Shown here in pieces: positions 12,087 through 24,722 of a DNA stretch of 38,531 nucleotides (position 1 is its first letter; the number at the start of each line of letters is the position of its first letter). Under the pieces are notes generated by a model. It did not search any database. It was not told the origin of the DNA and saw only the letters and a list, made by a program, of their open reading frames with translations. The translations under genes and the position numbers were made by a program. Origin of the DNA: Octopus sinensis (lineage: Eukaryota); assembly GCF_006345805.1 (NCBI RefSeq), contig NW_021832815.1:1-38531 (forward strand), in the 5' to 3' direction.

Positions 12087-13955
12087 CATGCGCAACTTAT
12101 CAACTGGTTATTGTAATAATACCATTCTGTAATAATACCATGTCACAAACTCCTTCTTCTATAAATGAGCATAAAAGCTCAACATGGACCAACATCGCCA
12201 ATTTCTTCCTGGCTTACATGAGTATTGTTGTTTACACCTAGATCAGCACAGAGTATGGCCTTGACTATCTCATCTTTTATTCAGAAAAAGTGTATCTAAG
12301 ACTACATCATGCAATGTGTCCATGCTATGTGTTAAAACTGCAGGGTGTTAATAACTTTTAAACATAATTTTACATAAGAACTTTTAGCTAATTCATAAAC
12401 TTTGATTCGTATTCCTGTAAGTAAGAAATGGGCGGGAGGAAAGGGAGATAAAGTACAAGAGATAGAGAAAGAGAAGAGAGACGGAAAGAGAATGAGGAAG
12501 AGCGAAAAGGGGAAAAGAGAGGGAAAGAGATTCGACCATGACTTTACAGGTTGTTGTGTAAACCCTCCGGTTAGCTCAAATAGAGCCGGTCTAGTATGAA
12601 CTCAATTAACCACAAGTGGTGCTATTAAACAAAACATGGCCTAGGAGGTTGATGGTTGAAACCTATCTGATGTTTTATGATGTTAAGCAAATATACAGCC
12701 GCAGAATTAATTAACATTTGTAAACTTATATAAGTTACTGTGCCGCGAGGAAGGACAACTTCCAATAAACACGCAGAAATGAAGTTTGAAGAGTGCAGAT
12801 AATTAGTTCGGCATATGAAGAAGACGACATGTTCTGCATAGTGCTATGCTTTGTGTCTTAGAGTATTTAGCAGTGTTCCTTTACTGTTATCAAATTTTTA
12901 ACCGCTTATTATCGTCCCAAAATTTAAGGTCCCTGCGTCCAAGAAACAACTAAATTACCAGTAAAGTATTGGGGTTGTTCTAAGTCATATATGCTACCCG
13001 CCTCCCCTATTTTGGGGGATCCTTTGTTCAGGATACCATTAGCATATATGATTAAAGTAACATTAACCGTTGACTTCATGCTTTCTTCTCTTTACCGAAA
13101 AATATGATTAGTTTAGTTGGAACTTAGCTTTTTTCACATCACAACTGTAAATATAATAGCACCTAAATCGATTTTATGTTAATATACTTCTAAAATGATT
13201 TGGTATTCCTTTCATAATAATTTGATAAAAGTGAGCAGAATAAATATAAAAATTATATATTGAACTGAAAAATTCTAATTCGGAAACAAACAGCGCTGTA
13301 CGTACATTGTATTATATGTATGTGTACATAACTGAAAGAAACATCGATTACGAAATTTCTATGAAATTTCGATGTGATATATAGATATACGATACAAATT
13401 TTCAAAAATGAAGTCCGAATGGAGAATGTTTGTAAATAATAAAAAAAATAGAGGATAAAAATGACAAAGACAAAGCTTTAAGTATATAGAATCTCTAAAG
13501 GAAATAGAGGCTATAAACAAAGGAAGGCTAGAAAGAGAAAGAGAGAGAGCGAAGGTAGGAAACAGAAGAAGAAAAGGGATACAAATGCAAGACGTGGCAA
13601 TGAATATGATTGCTTTGCGATTAGCGTGTTGTTGGAATCTTCGATAATTAAAGAAACCTCAAAACCACATTCTGATAAAAATAAATAATTCCTGCTAATT
13701 AATAAACTGCTTTCTCCGTTATTGTATACATAAATACACATATATATGCATACACATACATACACACGTACACGCACGAACACACACACACACTCGTGCA
13801 TACACACACTTACACACACATATATATATGTAGTTATAGGTAAATAGATGTATGTATATATATATGTATATTTATATGTTTACACACACATACATATACA
13901 TATATATGTATATGTATGTATGTAATATATATATATATAAATATATATTATATAT

Positions 13956-13992
<37 letters not shown>

Positions 13993-13998
<6 letters not shown>

Positions 13999-14140
13999 GA
14001 AAGAATGGAGTTGCGAACGAATTAACAAAATTCCTTTATTTTATTTTCGACATATGTTTCGAAGGCTGCATATTCCTAATGTCGAAAACAAAATAAAGGA
14101 ATTTTGTTAATTCGTCGTTCAACTCCATTCTTTCATTTAT
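13993..14140. repeat. Fold-back repeat, ~61-bp arms, PLE-like
   Basis: 13993-14053 is the inverse of 14079-14140. Minus strand carries CGAAACATATGTC (HHR stem III half with GUC) at the centre. Confidence 0.85.
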
Positions 14141-14408
14141 TTGTATTTAAAAAAAGACACAAATTTCCACACAATAGCACGTGATCTCTGCCCTAGGCAT
14201 GTAGCTTCAACCGTGTTTTTCTGACGTGAATTTGCTACCCAGGTTAACCGAATTATCCATAATAAGATACTTCACTCAACTACTCAATTATTTATATATA
14301 TATATGTATATTATATGTTTACGCACACATACATATACATATATATGTATATGTATATGTATTATGTATGTATGTATGTATGTATATATATGTATATATA
14401 TATATATA

Positions 14409-14457
<49 letters not shown>

Positions 14458-15010
14458 GTACATGTATATTTATATCGTGTATTATGTGTGGGTCTGTGTA
14501 AACAGCCATCCAGACAATGGCTTGGGCAAATCACTTCAAAACATATACTTCATAGGCTAGTGTAATGTATTGTATACTTACAGTCGGTATCAGATGTAGC
14601 TCAGTCCAACGTTCAAAGAAAGAAGCACATTCGTTGAGTTTATACTACAAAAAAGGCAAAAAAAGCTAAAACCCGAGTTTATTATAAAACATTGACATAA
14701 GCTTATACAAATGCATGTAATCATCTAATTGTATCTGACAATGATTACGTATATAAAACATGGTTACTTTATTGTATATTTCGAAGACGATGTCGATAGG
14801 AAAATTATATGGATACCAATGCTTACATGGGACAACATTGGAGCTTATTTTATCGAGCCAGGAAGAGTAAAAGATTAATTTGATTCCTTCGAGAGATTAG
14901 TGCCTAAAACAGCAAAGATCGAGAGTAAATAACGTGGACTATACTCTCACCACCACTCTTCACATTCTATCAATTCATCGCCTTCCTATTGTTTATTAAT
15001 GTTTCTACAC

Positions 15011-15048
<38 letters not shown>

Positions 15049-15172
15049 ATTTGCATATATTTATATATATATATAAATATATATAAATTGAATAAGGGTA
15101 GAAATTAATATTAATCAATTAAAACCAGTGGCCTAGCATATTAAAAAAATCTGAAGATTAAAATATTTTTAC

Positions 15173-15345
15173 ATACAAAACTTAAAGGACTGACCACTAA
15201 ACGTGGATGGTCAACATGCTAGATATAGACGTCAAAATCGCTATTTTCCACGAAGAACACATTCTTCGTGGAAAATATCGATTTTGACGTCTATATCTAG
15301 CATATTGACCGTCCACTTTTAGTGGTCAGTCCTTTAAATTTTGTA

Positions 15346-15346
<1 letters not shown>
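15173..15346. repeat. Fold-back repeat, ~85-bp arms, 4-nt spacer
   Basis: Arms meet at CACA (15258-15261). The arm matches 37455-37540, downstream of the 37294 HHR. Confidence 0.88.
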
Positions 15347-15412
<66 letters not shown>

Positions 15413-15426
15413 GTTTAAACAAACAG

Positions 15427-15777
15427 ATATTGTTATATTCGGAATGGTCATATTGCCAGTTTAGCCAATAAAAACACACGCACTATATATTTGGTGTTAT
15501 TTTGCTTCAGTGATATTTATTTTTTACTTTAATATTAATCTTATTTCGGCCAGAGTTCTTTCGTCACACTCCTGTGACCGCATCAGTGGTCCTTTGTTTT
15601 CTTCTTTCTTATTTGTTTGTGTCTCTCTTTACTAACCGTCAGCCATTTTGTATTTCTCTGGCCGAAATAAGATTAAGATTAAAGTAAAAAATAAATATCA
15701 CTGAAGCAAAATAACACCAAATATATAGTGCGTGTGTTTTTATTGGCTAAACTGGCAATATGACCATTCCGAAATAT

Positions 15778-15785
<8 letters not shown>
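15427..15785. repeat. Inverted repeat, ~130-bp arms, around a 100-bp spacer with a decayed HHR at the left-arm/spacer boundary
   Basis: 15427-15555 is a near-perfect inverse of 15656-15785. Confidence 0.9.
15548..15591 (-). pseudogene. Degenerate minimal hammerhead motif between inverted arms
   Basis: Minus strand reads GACCA-CTGATGCG-GTCACA-GGAG-TGTGAC-GAAAG-AA-CTC-TGGCC; stem II is perfect but the core is altered. Confidence 0.5.
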
Positions 15786-15816
<31 letters not shown>

Positions 15817-15827
15817 AATGCAAATTA

Positions 15828-16070
15828 GTGGAGGCACATAGCCTAGTGGTTAAAGCAGCAGACTTGTGGTCGAGGGACCGCAGGTCCGAATCTCAGACCG
15901 GGCGATGTGTGTGTTTATGAGCGAAAAAGCCTAAGCTCCACGCGGTTCGGGCAGAAGGTAATGGCGAAACTTCTGCTGACTCTTTCGCCACAACTTTCTC
16001 TCACTCTTTCCTCCTGCAACTTGCAGCTCACCTGCGACGGACCGGCGTCCCGTCCAAGTGGGGAATCTAT
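15828..16070 (+). mobile_element. SINE family S2, 3'-truncated
   Basis: Homologous to S2 up to GTGGGGAA-CTATA. Confidence 0.88.
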
Positions 16071-16384
16071 ATATGTGGTGTGTGGTGTGTGTATTACGAT
16101 GTATTCGATGCTCTCCCAGTTTTGCCTTCGATTTAGGTCTATGGTATTTCATTAAGTTAAGCAGCAATGATGGCGTATAGATCTCATATCTTTTGCAACA
16201 CCCCGTTCCCTGATTGATGTGATTTGCCAGGCTAATGTCCAACAGAAACATGTACGTCAGCAGGTTAACAAGCTTGAGCAGAAGTGAGAACTGCACAGAG
16301 AGGTGTATGAACAGAATGCTTGCAAAAGAACGAAATATTCTAAATTTATCCAAAGAACAAATAGCGCAGCAAGACCGAAGGAGA

Positions 16385-16530
16385 GCATTGAATCACTTGG
16401 TTCAAGCAAAGGACGTATTGAACCACTTGGTTCAAGCAAAGGACGCATTGAATCACTTGGTTCAAGCAAAGGACGTATTGAACCACTTGGTTCAAGCAAA
16501 GGACGCATTGAATCACTAGGTTCAAGCAAA
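16385..16530. repeat. 30-bp minisatellite (~4.9 copies) with an internal 18-bp palindrome and A/B alternation
   Basis: Units (C/T)ATTGAA(T/C)CACTTGGTTCAAGCAAAGGACG; TTGAACCA-CT-TGGTTCAA is an inverted repeat; variants alternate A-B-A-B-A. Confidence 0.95.
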
Positions 16531-17153
16531 GCTCACGACTGGATAGAAAGTCCCTGACCTCAGCCTTCTAATCAATTGTAACAATTCTACAAAGAGCAAT
16601 AGTTAATTAAAATAGAGACTTACTTTCAATGCAGCATCATAGTAAGGACCTAGAGTTCCAGCGTTCACGGATTCAACCATAACTTTGGCACACCTGACGA
16701 ATACCGATAATTATTTTTTAGCTCTGAATGAGTAGATTTATGACTAAAACTATTCCAGCCTTGGCAATATACATATGTGTGTGTGTGTATGTATATATGT
16801 ATGAATATATGTATATATATATGCATATATGTATATATATATATATGCATATATGTATATATATGTACATATATATATATGTATATATATACATATATAT
16901 ATGTATACATATATATATGTATATATATGTATATATATATATGTATGTTATATATATATATATGTATATAATATATACATATATATATATGTTTAATATA
17001 TATATGTGTGTGTATTTATATTACTTATATATATGTTTATATAAATATATGCATTTATATACATATATATATATATACATACATATATATATACATATAA
17101 TATATACATATATATATATATATATGTATACATATATATATATATATATATAG

Positions 17154-17187
<34 letters not shown>

Positions 17188-17348
17188 TATGTATGTATAT
17201 ATTCAAAAAAGTTTGGTACGGTTACATGTTTTTCTGTTTTGTTCTCTCACTCCATGTTTTAACACTCATTTTCGATCAAATTTCCTGCGAAATAACTTAG
17301 GATCCCTTGACGACAATGAAACCTTCATTTAAGTAAGGCATCTTCAGT

Positions 17349-17395
17349 CTGATGAATAGCTAGTAGAGTACCCCTAGTTCCGCTAGCTAGGAAAC
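17349..17395 (+). pseudogene. Truncated or degenerate hammerhead-like motif
   Basis: CTGATGA-A-TAGCTAG...CTAGCTA-G-GAAAC, then runs into (AGAT)n; stems I and III are not recoverable. Confidence 0.35.
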
Positions 17396-17451
<56 letters not shown>

Positions 17452-17827
17452 GTTTCTTTATTAGCCACACAGGGCTGCACACAGACAGGACAAAATTACA
17501 AGGTAGAGCTTTTCTTTTGGGGGTAAAAGCAGGGGGTTTGGTTTTCGATCAAAATGGAAAGAAAGAGTACAAAAAAAGGGGGGGATAAAATAAAATTTTA
17601 AAAAAAGAGGAGGAGGTGAGGAAAAAAAGGGGAGGTGAGGAAAAAAAGGGAAAGGAAAAAAAATTGATCAATAGGGATCGTTATCACAGAAATATCAATA
17701 TGAAGTGTAAAGGGGAGGACAGGTGAGGTTTACCCGTGGAAAGAAAAGCCTACGGAAAAGACCACGGTAACCTCGGTCAATGAAGTCACATGTTATATTT
17801 CTTATTTTTATAGATAGATAGACAGAT
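17396..17827 (-). mobile_element. Probable LINE 3' end with (ATCT)n tail (related fragment at 6557-6730)
   Basis: Shared TTTCTT(T)ATT(A/G)GCCAC-CAGGGCTG...GTAGAG-TTTTCTTTT segment abutting (AGAT)n at both loci. Confidence 0.5.
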
Positions 17828-17831
17828 ATTA

Positions 17832-18060
17832 AGAGGTGCTGTAAAGTTCCTGTCTTTGAGACAAAATAAAAAAGAAATAAAAACAAGACCCGTTAGTTAT
17901 GATTTTATTCAATTATATTCTCCTCTCAGATTCATACATTTATTACAGCAGTCCTCCAGTTTCTCTAAACCTAAAAAAGAACCCGAAAGGTTGGGCTCCC
18001 AACTTGGCCTTTCATGATACTCTTAAAGCCAGGAACTTTTGAGTCCCACCTCCACTCTTG
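17832..18060 (-). mobile_element. Mariner-derived MITE
   Basis: TA-flanked, imperfect TIRs (AAAGTTCCTGTCTTT / AAAGCCAGGAACTTT). Minus strand encodes GLEKLEDCCNKCMNLRGEY, resembling a mariner transposase C-terminus. Confidence 0.65.
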
Positions 18061-18252
18061 TATATATGTATATTTCTTTACTACCCACAAGGGGCTAAAC
18101 AGAGAGGGGACAAACAAGGACAGACAAACGGATTGTGTATGCATGTATGTACGTGTATATGAATATATATACATGTATAAATATAAACAATTTAACTTTT
18201 TGCTTCTATTTTTATGAGCGGCGAGGTGTGTATATAGATATAGATAACATGA

Positions 18253-18409
18253 TAATTTGTTTCCGAGCGCAGAGACGCCGTTGAAACAGCAGAAACATTA
18301 GGTAAATTACCCTTACAAAGCTGGTCGTTGACAAATTTTTCCGCTTTGTAAAGATTATTTTTCCAGTGTTTCTGCTGTTCTAACGGCGCCTCTGCGTTCG
18401 AAAATAAAT

Positions 18410-18411
<2 letters not shown>
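18253..18411. repeat. Imperfect fold-back (MITE-like), ~70-bp arms
   Basis: CGAGCGCAGAGACGCCGTTGAAACAGCAGAAACA pairs with TGTTTCTGCTGTTCTAACGGCGCCTCTGCGTTCG. Confidence 0.75.
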
Positions 18412-18456
<45 letters not shown>

Positions 18457-18552
18457 CATATATACTTATATGTCTATATGCATACATATATGTATAAAAT
18501 ATTGACGTCAACAATACATACACATGTGTATATATTTATATATATATATATA

Positions 18553-18930
18553 CTACCAGTATCGCCCGGCGTTGCTCAGGTTTGTAAGGGAAATAACTAT
18601 AAAGCATTTTTAGAGAGTTATAGCCAAAAAATAGCAAAAAATGGAAAAAAATGATGGTAAATTTTTTTTGAGAGTTAAAAAAGGATGGAGTTGCGTCCCC
18701 TAGACAGTTTGTGGTTCGTGTTTCTGATTCTCGACCCCATGTCGAACTTATCGATTTTTTTCAGAACTGGGGAAACTTTTCAAAATTTTGGCTGCGTTAG
18801 TTTTGAATTATGACATTGGGCTATGTGTGTGTCAAGTTTCATCAGAATCGGTGAAAGCCGTGGTCAGGGTGAGGGTACAAGCAAACAGACACACAGAAAC
18901 ACGCACAGACAAACTGCCGTTTATATTATA
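18553..18930 (-). mobile_element. Helitron/Helentron-like non-autonomous element sharing its 3' module with 8960-9356
   Basis: 18553-18665 is the reverse complement of 9240-9356 (GCAACGCCGGGCGATACTG, GGGAAATAACTAT, AAATGATGGTAA). The other end has an AAGTTTCATCAGAATCGG...ACAGAC...TTTATAT module. Confidence 0.65.
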
Positions 18931-19103
18931 TATATATATATATAATAATATATATATATATATATAAGATAAAATCTTTATAAGAATGTATCATGTAGTT
19001 AGCGTGAAAAACCTCATAAGAGAAAAATCCACCAAATTTTCTCTTTAATATATTTATTTATATTATATAGAGGGCATTTATGTATAGTAATGCCCTCTAT
19101 ATA

Positions 19104-19147
<44 letters not shown>

Positions 19148-19650
19148 TCGCCATGGTAGATGGCTGGCCGCTACACATTCTTTATTTTCTCTCCTTGTTT
19201 CTTTCTGTGTTCCTTATTATTAATATGACATCATTACCTAATCTGTCCTCTTTGTTAAGACTACCGTATGTGCTATTTCAGAAATTTCTAACAAGGGGAG
19301 CGATCCCACAGGGTCAGTCTCCGTCATTAACTTGTCTTTGTTGTTATTATACTAATGCTGTTGATAATGCTGTACAATGACTCAATGCGCCATTGCCAAC
19401 ATTAACTAATGTGACCTCCTCACGCTTTTAAGAGATCAGAAAGAGCCTTCAGAAAAATATAGCAGATATTTCTAGCACTCGGTAGGGGTCAGCTGTTTAG
19501 TTGAAGATGACTGGGTTAATGCAAGAAATGGTAAGAGAAAAAACCAATATATTTTAATATTATTTATATCATTTATATATTGTTGACAGATAGATAGATA
19601 GATAGATAGATAGACAGATAGACAGATAGACAGATAGATAGATAGATATA

Positions 19651-19715
<65 letters not shown>

Positions 19716-19787
19716 TGCATAAATGTGTATGTATATATACATATTTATGCATATATATATGTGTATATATATGTATGAATATATATG

Positions 19788-19839
<52 letters not shown>

Positions 19840-20513
19840 TGTGTGTGTATGTATGTATATTCATACATATATATACATATATATAATTTGTATGTTAACT
19901 TTATAACTGAATACGTATGTGTGTGTGTGTGCGTTGTGTGAGTATGTGCATGTATGTATGTATGTATCTATGTATGTATGCATACGTATGAATGTATGTA
20001 TGCATGCATGTATGTATGCGTATGGATGTATATATATATGTATACATGTATGTTTGTATCCGAAACACATTTAACTATATCAACATCCAGCTAGGTTTGA
20101 AAGCCATTCCGACAGTATATACTGTCTTGTTCCAGTACCTGCTGAGACATCCGTCTTTAACTCTACTAAACATCCTGGTTGCACACTGAGAAAATTGAAC
20201 TCTAAATTGTCAATTAATTAATGGTTATTCTTAGATTGAACAGAGGCAACTCAATTATCCTTGCGAAAAAAATGTTTGCCTATGTCAATATCACGAACAG
20301 ATACTCATACACACGGTCGCACAAACATATATACATTTGCACAAACACATGCATGTAGACACACACACATATATATATGTGTGTGTTTATATATATATAT
20401 ATATAGAAATATGTACTTACATACAAGTCGACGCTATATATATTATATGTAGAAAAATACATATATTATTATATGTAGAAAAAAGAATATATATATATAT
20501 ATGTGTATATATG

Positions 20514-20572
<59 letters not shown>

Positions 20573-20573
20573 G

Positions 20574-20640
<67 letters not shown>

Positions 20641-20788
20641 ATTTATATATAGAGGGCATAATTATACATACATGCCAGGAGGCATTATATATACTTGCCA
20701 AACGCTAAGAGGGACAATCAGTCATTTCTACCAAAATATTACTAATCCCACCGAATGCAATTTTTCAAAGTAAGACATTTAAAAATAT

Positions 20789-20839
20789 AGGCCTGTATCA
20801 CAGTGATTTCATACTACTTACGTAATCATCAGCAGGCCT
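20789..20839 (-). ncRNA. Type I hammerhead ribozyme, variant A copy (second, more corrupted copy at 21270-21320)
   Basis: Same core. Stem I is AGGCCTG/CAGGCCT (G-C where variant B has G-U), with a 3-nt GTA insertion in stem II/loop II in this copy. Confidence 0.75.
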
Positions 20840-21469
20840 GAATGTATTATAAATAAACACGACCCTGCCTCGCTTAAGCCGAACAGCTAACTGATCAACA
20901 TCAACGAAACACATGGGTGAGTTTATATATATTACATCCGGGTGAATGGCAAACTTTTACAAAATTGCATTTCGGGAGAGGAAGTTTTTTTTCGGAATAA
21001 AAATTTTTGCAATTAAGGACAACTACTTAATAAGGAAAACTAACAAGAAATTGTCAGGTAGATAGCGTAAAAACCTCATAAGAGAAAAAATTTCGAAAAT
21101 AATTATTTCTTATTGAACATATTAATTATATATAGAGGGCATAATTATACTACATGCCAGAGGCATTATATATACTTGCCAAACGCTAAGAGGGACAATC
21201 AGTCATTTCTACCAAAATATTACTAATCCCACCGAATGCAATTTTTCAAAGTAAGACATTTAAAAATATAGGCCTGTATCACAGTGATTTCATACTTACG
21301 TATCATCAGCAGCCAGGCCTGATATTATAAATAACAACGACCCTATAAATTAATATGTTCAATAAGAAATAATTATTTTCGAATTTTTTCTCTTATGAGG
21401 TTTTTACGCTATCTACCTGACAATTTCTTGTTAAGTTTTCCTTATTATAGTTGTCCTTAATTGCAAAAT

Positions 21470-21500
<31 letters not shown>

Positions 21501-21817
21501 AATATATATTAATATATATATGTATATATGTATATATATATGTATATATATATAGCAATTAAGGACAACTACTTAATAAGGAAAACTTAACAAGAAATTG
21601 TCAGGTAGATAGCGTAAAAACCTCATAAGAGAAAAAATTTCGAAAATAATTATTTCTTATTGAACATATTAATTTATATATAGAGGGCATTATACATACA
21701 TGCCGGAGGCATTCTACATACACGCCATACGCTAAGAGGGACAATCAGTCATTTCCTACCAAAATATTACTAATCCCCCGAATGCAATTTTTCAAAGAAA
21801 GACATTTAAAAATATAT

Positions 21818-21865
21818 AGACCTGTATCACAGTGATTTCATACTTACGTAATCATCAGCAGGCCT
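21818..21865 (-). ncRNA. Type I hammerhead ribozyme, minus-arm copy of variant B (also 22296-22343, 22773-22820)
   Basis: Exact reverse complement of the plus-arm 48-nt motif. Confidence 0.85.
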
Positions 21866-24722
21866 GAATATACCATAGATAAACAACGACCCCGCTTCGT
21901 TTAAGCCGATCAGCTAACTGATCAACATCAACGAAGCACGTGGTTGAATTTATATATACTATATCCGATGAATGGCAAACTTTTACGAATTGCATTTCGG
22001 GAGAGGAAAAGTTTTTTCGGAATAAAAATTTAGCAATTAAGGACAACTACTTAATAAGGAAAACTTAACAAGAAATTGTCAGGTAGATAGCGTAAAAACC
22101 TCATAAGAGAAAAAATTTCGAAAATAATATTCTTATTGAACATATTAATTTATATATAGAGGGCATTATACATACATGCCAGGAGGCATTCTACATACAC
22201 GCCATACGCTAAGAGGGACAATCAGTCATTTCTACCAAAAATATTACTAATCCCACCGAATGCAATTTTTCAAAGAAAGACATTTAAAAATATATAGACC
22301 TGTATCACAGTGATTTCATACTTACGTAATCATCAGCAGGCCTGAATATACCATAGATAAACAACGACCCCCGCTTCGTTAAGTAAGCCGATCAGCTACT
22401 GATCACATCAACGAAGCACATGGTTAATTTATATATACTATATCCGGATGAATGGCAAACTTTTACGAATTGCATTTCGGGAGAGGAAAAGTTTTTTCGG
22501 AATAAAATTTAGCAATTAAGGACAACTACTTAATAAGGAAACTTAACAAGAATTGTCAGGTAGATAGCGTAAAAACCTCATAAGAGAAAAAATTTCGAAA
22601 ATAATTATTTCTTATTGAACATATTAATTTATATATAGAGGGCATTATACATACATGCCAGGAGGCATTCTACATACACCCATACGCTAAGAGGGACAAT
22701 CAGTCATTTCTACCAAAAATATTACTAATCCCACCGAATGCAATTTTTCAAAGAAAGACATTTAAAATATATAGACCTGTATCACAGTGATTTCATACTT
22801 ACGTAATCATCAGCAGGCCTGAATATACCATAGATAAACAACGACCCCGCTTCGTTTAAGCCGATCAGCTAACTGATCAACATCAACGAAGCACATGGTT
22901 GAATTTATATATACTATATCCGGATGAATGGCAAACTTTTACGAATTGCATTTCGGGAGAGGAAAAGTTTTTTCGGAATAAAAATTTAGCAATTAAGGAC
23001 AACTACTTAATAAGGAAAACTTAACAAGAATTGTCAGGTAGATAGCGTAAAACCTCATAAGAGAAAATTTCGAAAATAATTATTTCTTATTGAACATATT
23101 AATTTATATATAGAGGGCATTATACATACATGCCAGGAGGCATTCTACATACCGCCATACGCTAAGAGGGACAATCAGTCATTTCTACCAAAAATTTACT
23201 AATCCCACCGAATGCAATTTTTCAAAGAAAGACATTTAAAAGACATTTAGCTGATCGCTTAAACGAAGCGGTCGTTGTTTATCTATGGTATATTCAGGCT
23301 GCTGATGATTACGTAAGTATGAAATCACTGTGATACAGGTCTATATTTTTAAATGTCTTTCTTTGAAAAATTGCATTCGGTGGGATTAGTAATATTTTTG
23401 GTAGAATGACTGATTGTCCCTCTTAGCGTATGGCGTGTATGTAGAATGCCTCCTGGCATGTATGTATAATGCCCTCTATATATAAATTAATATGTTCAAT
23501 AAGAATAATTATTTTCGAAATTTTTTCTCTTATGAGGTTTTACGCTATCTACCTGACAATTTCTTGTTAAGTTTTCCTTATTAAGTAGTTGTCCTTAATT
23601 GCTAAATTTTTATTCCGAAAAAACTTTTCCTCTCCCGAAATGCAATTCGTAAAGTTTGCCATTCATCCGGATATAGTATATATAAATTCAACCATGTGCT
23701 TCGTTGATGTTGATCAGTTAGCTGATCGGCTTAAACGAAGCGGGGTCGTTGTTTATCTATGGTATATTCAGGCCTGCTGATGATTACGTAAGTATGAAAT
23801 CACTGTGATACAGGTCTATATTTTTAAATGTCTTTCTTTGAAAAATTGCATTCGTGGGATTAGTAATATTTTTGGTAGAAATGACTGATTGTCCCTCTTA
23901 GCGTATGGCGTGTATGTAGAATGCCTCCTGGCATGTATGTATATGCCCTCTATATATAAATTAATATGTTCAATAAGAAATAATTATTTTCGAAATTTTT
24001 TCTCTTATGAGGTTTTTACGCTATCTACCTGACAATTTGTTAAGTTTTCCTTATTAAGTAGTTGTCCTTAATTGCTAAATTTTATTCCGAAAAAACTTTT
24101 CCTCTCCCGAAATGCAATTCGTAAAAGTTTGCCATTCATCCGGATATATATATATAAATTCAACCATGTGCTTCGTTGATGTTGATCAGTTAGCTGATCG
24201 GCTTAAACGAAGCGGGGTCGTTGTTTTATCTATGGTATATTCAGGCCTGCTGATGATTACGTAAGTATGAAATCACTGTGATACAGGTCTATATATTTTT
24301 AAATGTCTTTCTTTGAAAAATTGCATTCGGTGGGATTAGTAATATTTTTGGTAGAAATGACTGATTGTCCCTCTTAGCGTATGGCGTGTATGTAGAATGC
24401 CTCCTGGCATGTATGTATAATGCCCTCTATATATAAATTAATATGTTCAATAAGAAATAATTATTTTCGAAATTTTTTCTCTTATGAGGTTTTTACGCTA
24501 TCTACCTGACAATTTCTTGTTAAGTTTTCCTTATTAAGTAGTTGTCCTAATTGCTAAATTTTTATTCCGAAAAAACTTTTCCTCTCCCGAAATGCAATTC
24601 GTAAAAGTTTGCCATTCATCCGGATATAGTATATATAAATTCAACCATGTGCTTCGTTGATGTTGATCAGTTAGCTGATCGGCTTAAACGAAGCGGGGTC
24701 GTTGTTTATCTATGGTATATTC

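Noticed and set aside
16385-16530. CRISPR-like appearance of the palindromic 30-bp repeat
   Set aside because: No unique spacers, eukaryotic context, no cas genes.
912-20701. Many IYIY/VCVC/THTH/LSIY ORFs in the track (also 28921-33353)
   Set aside because: These are translations of (TA)n, (TG)n, (AGAT)n and (GAGT)n microsatellites.
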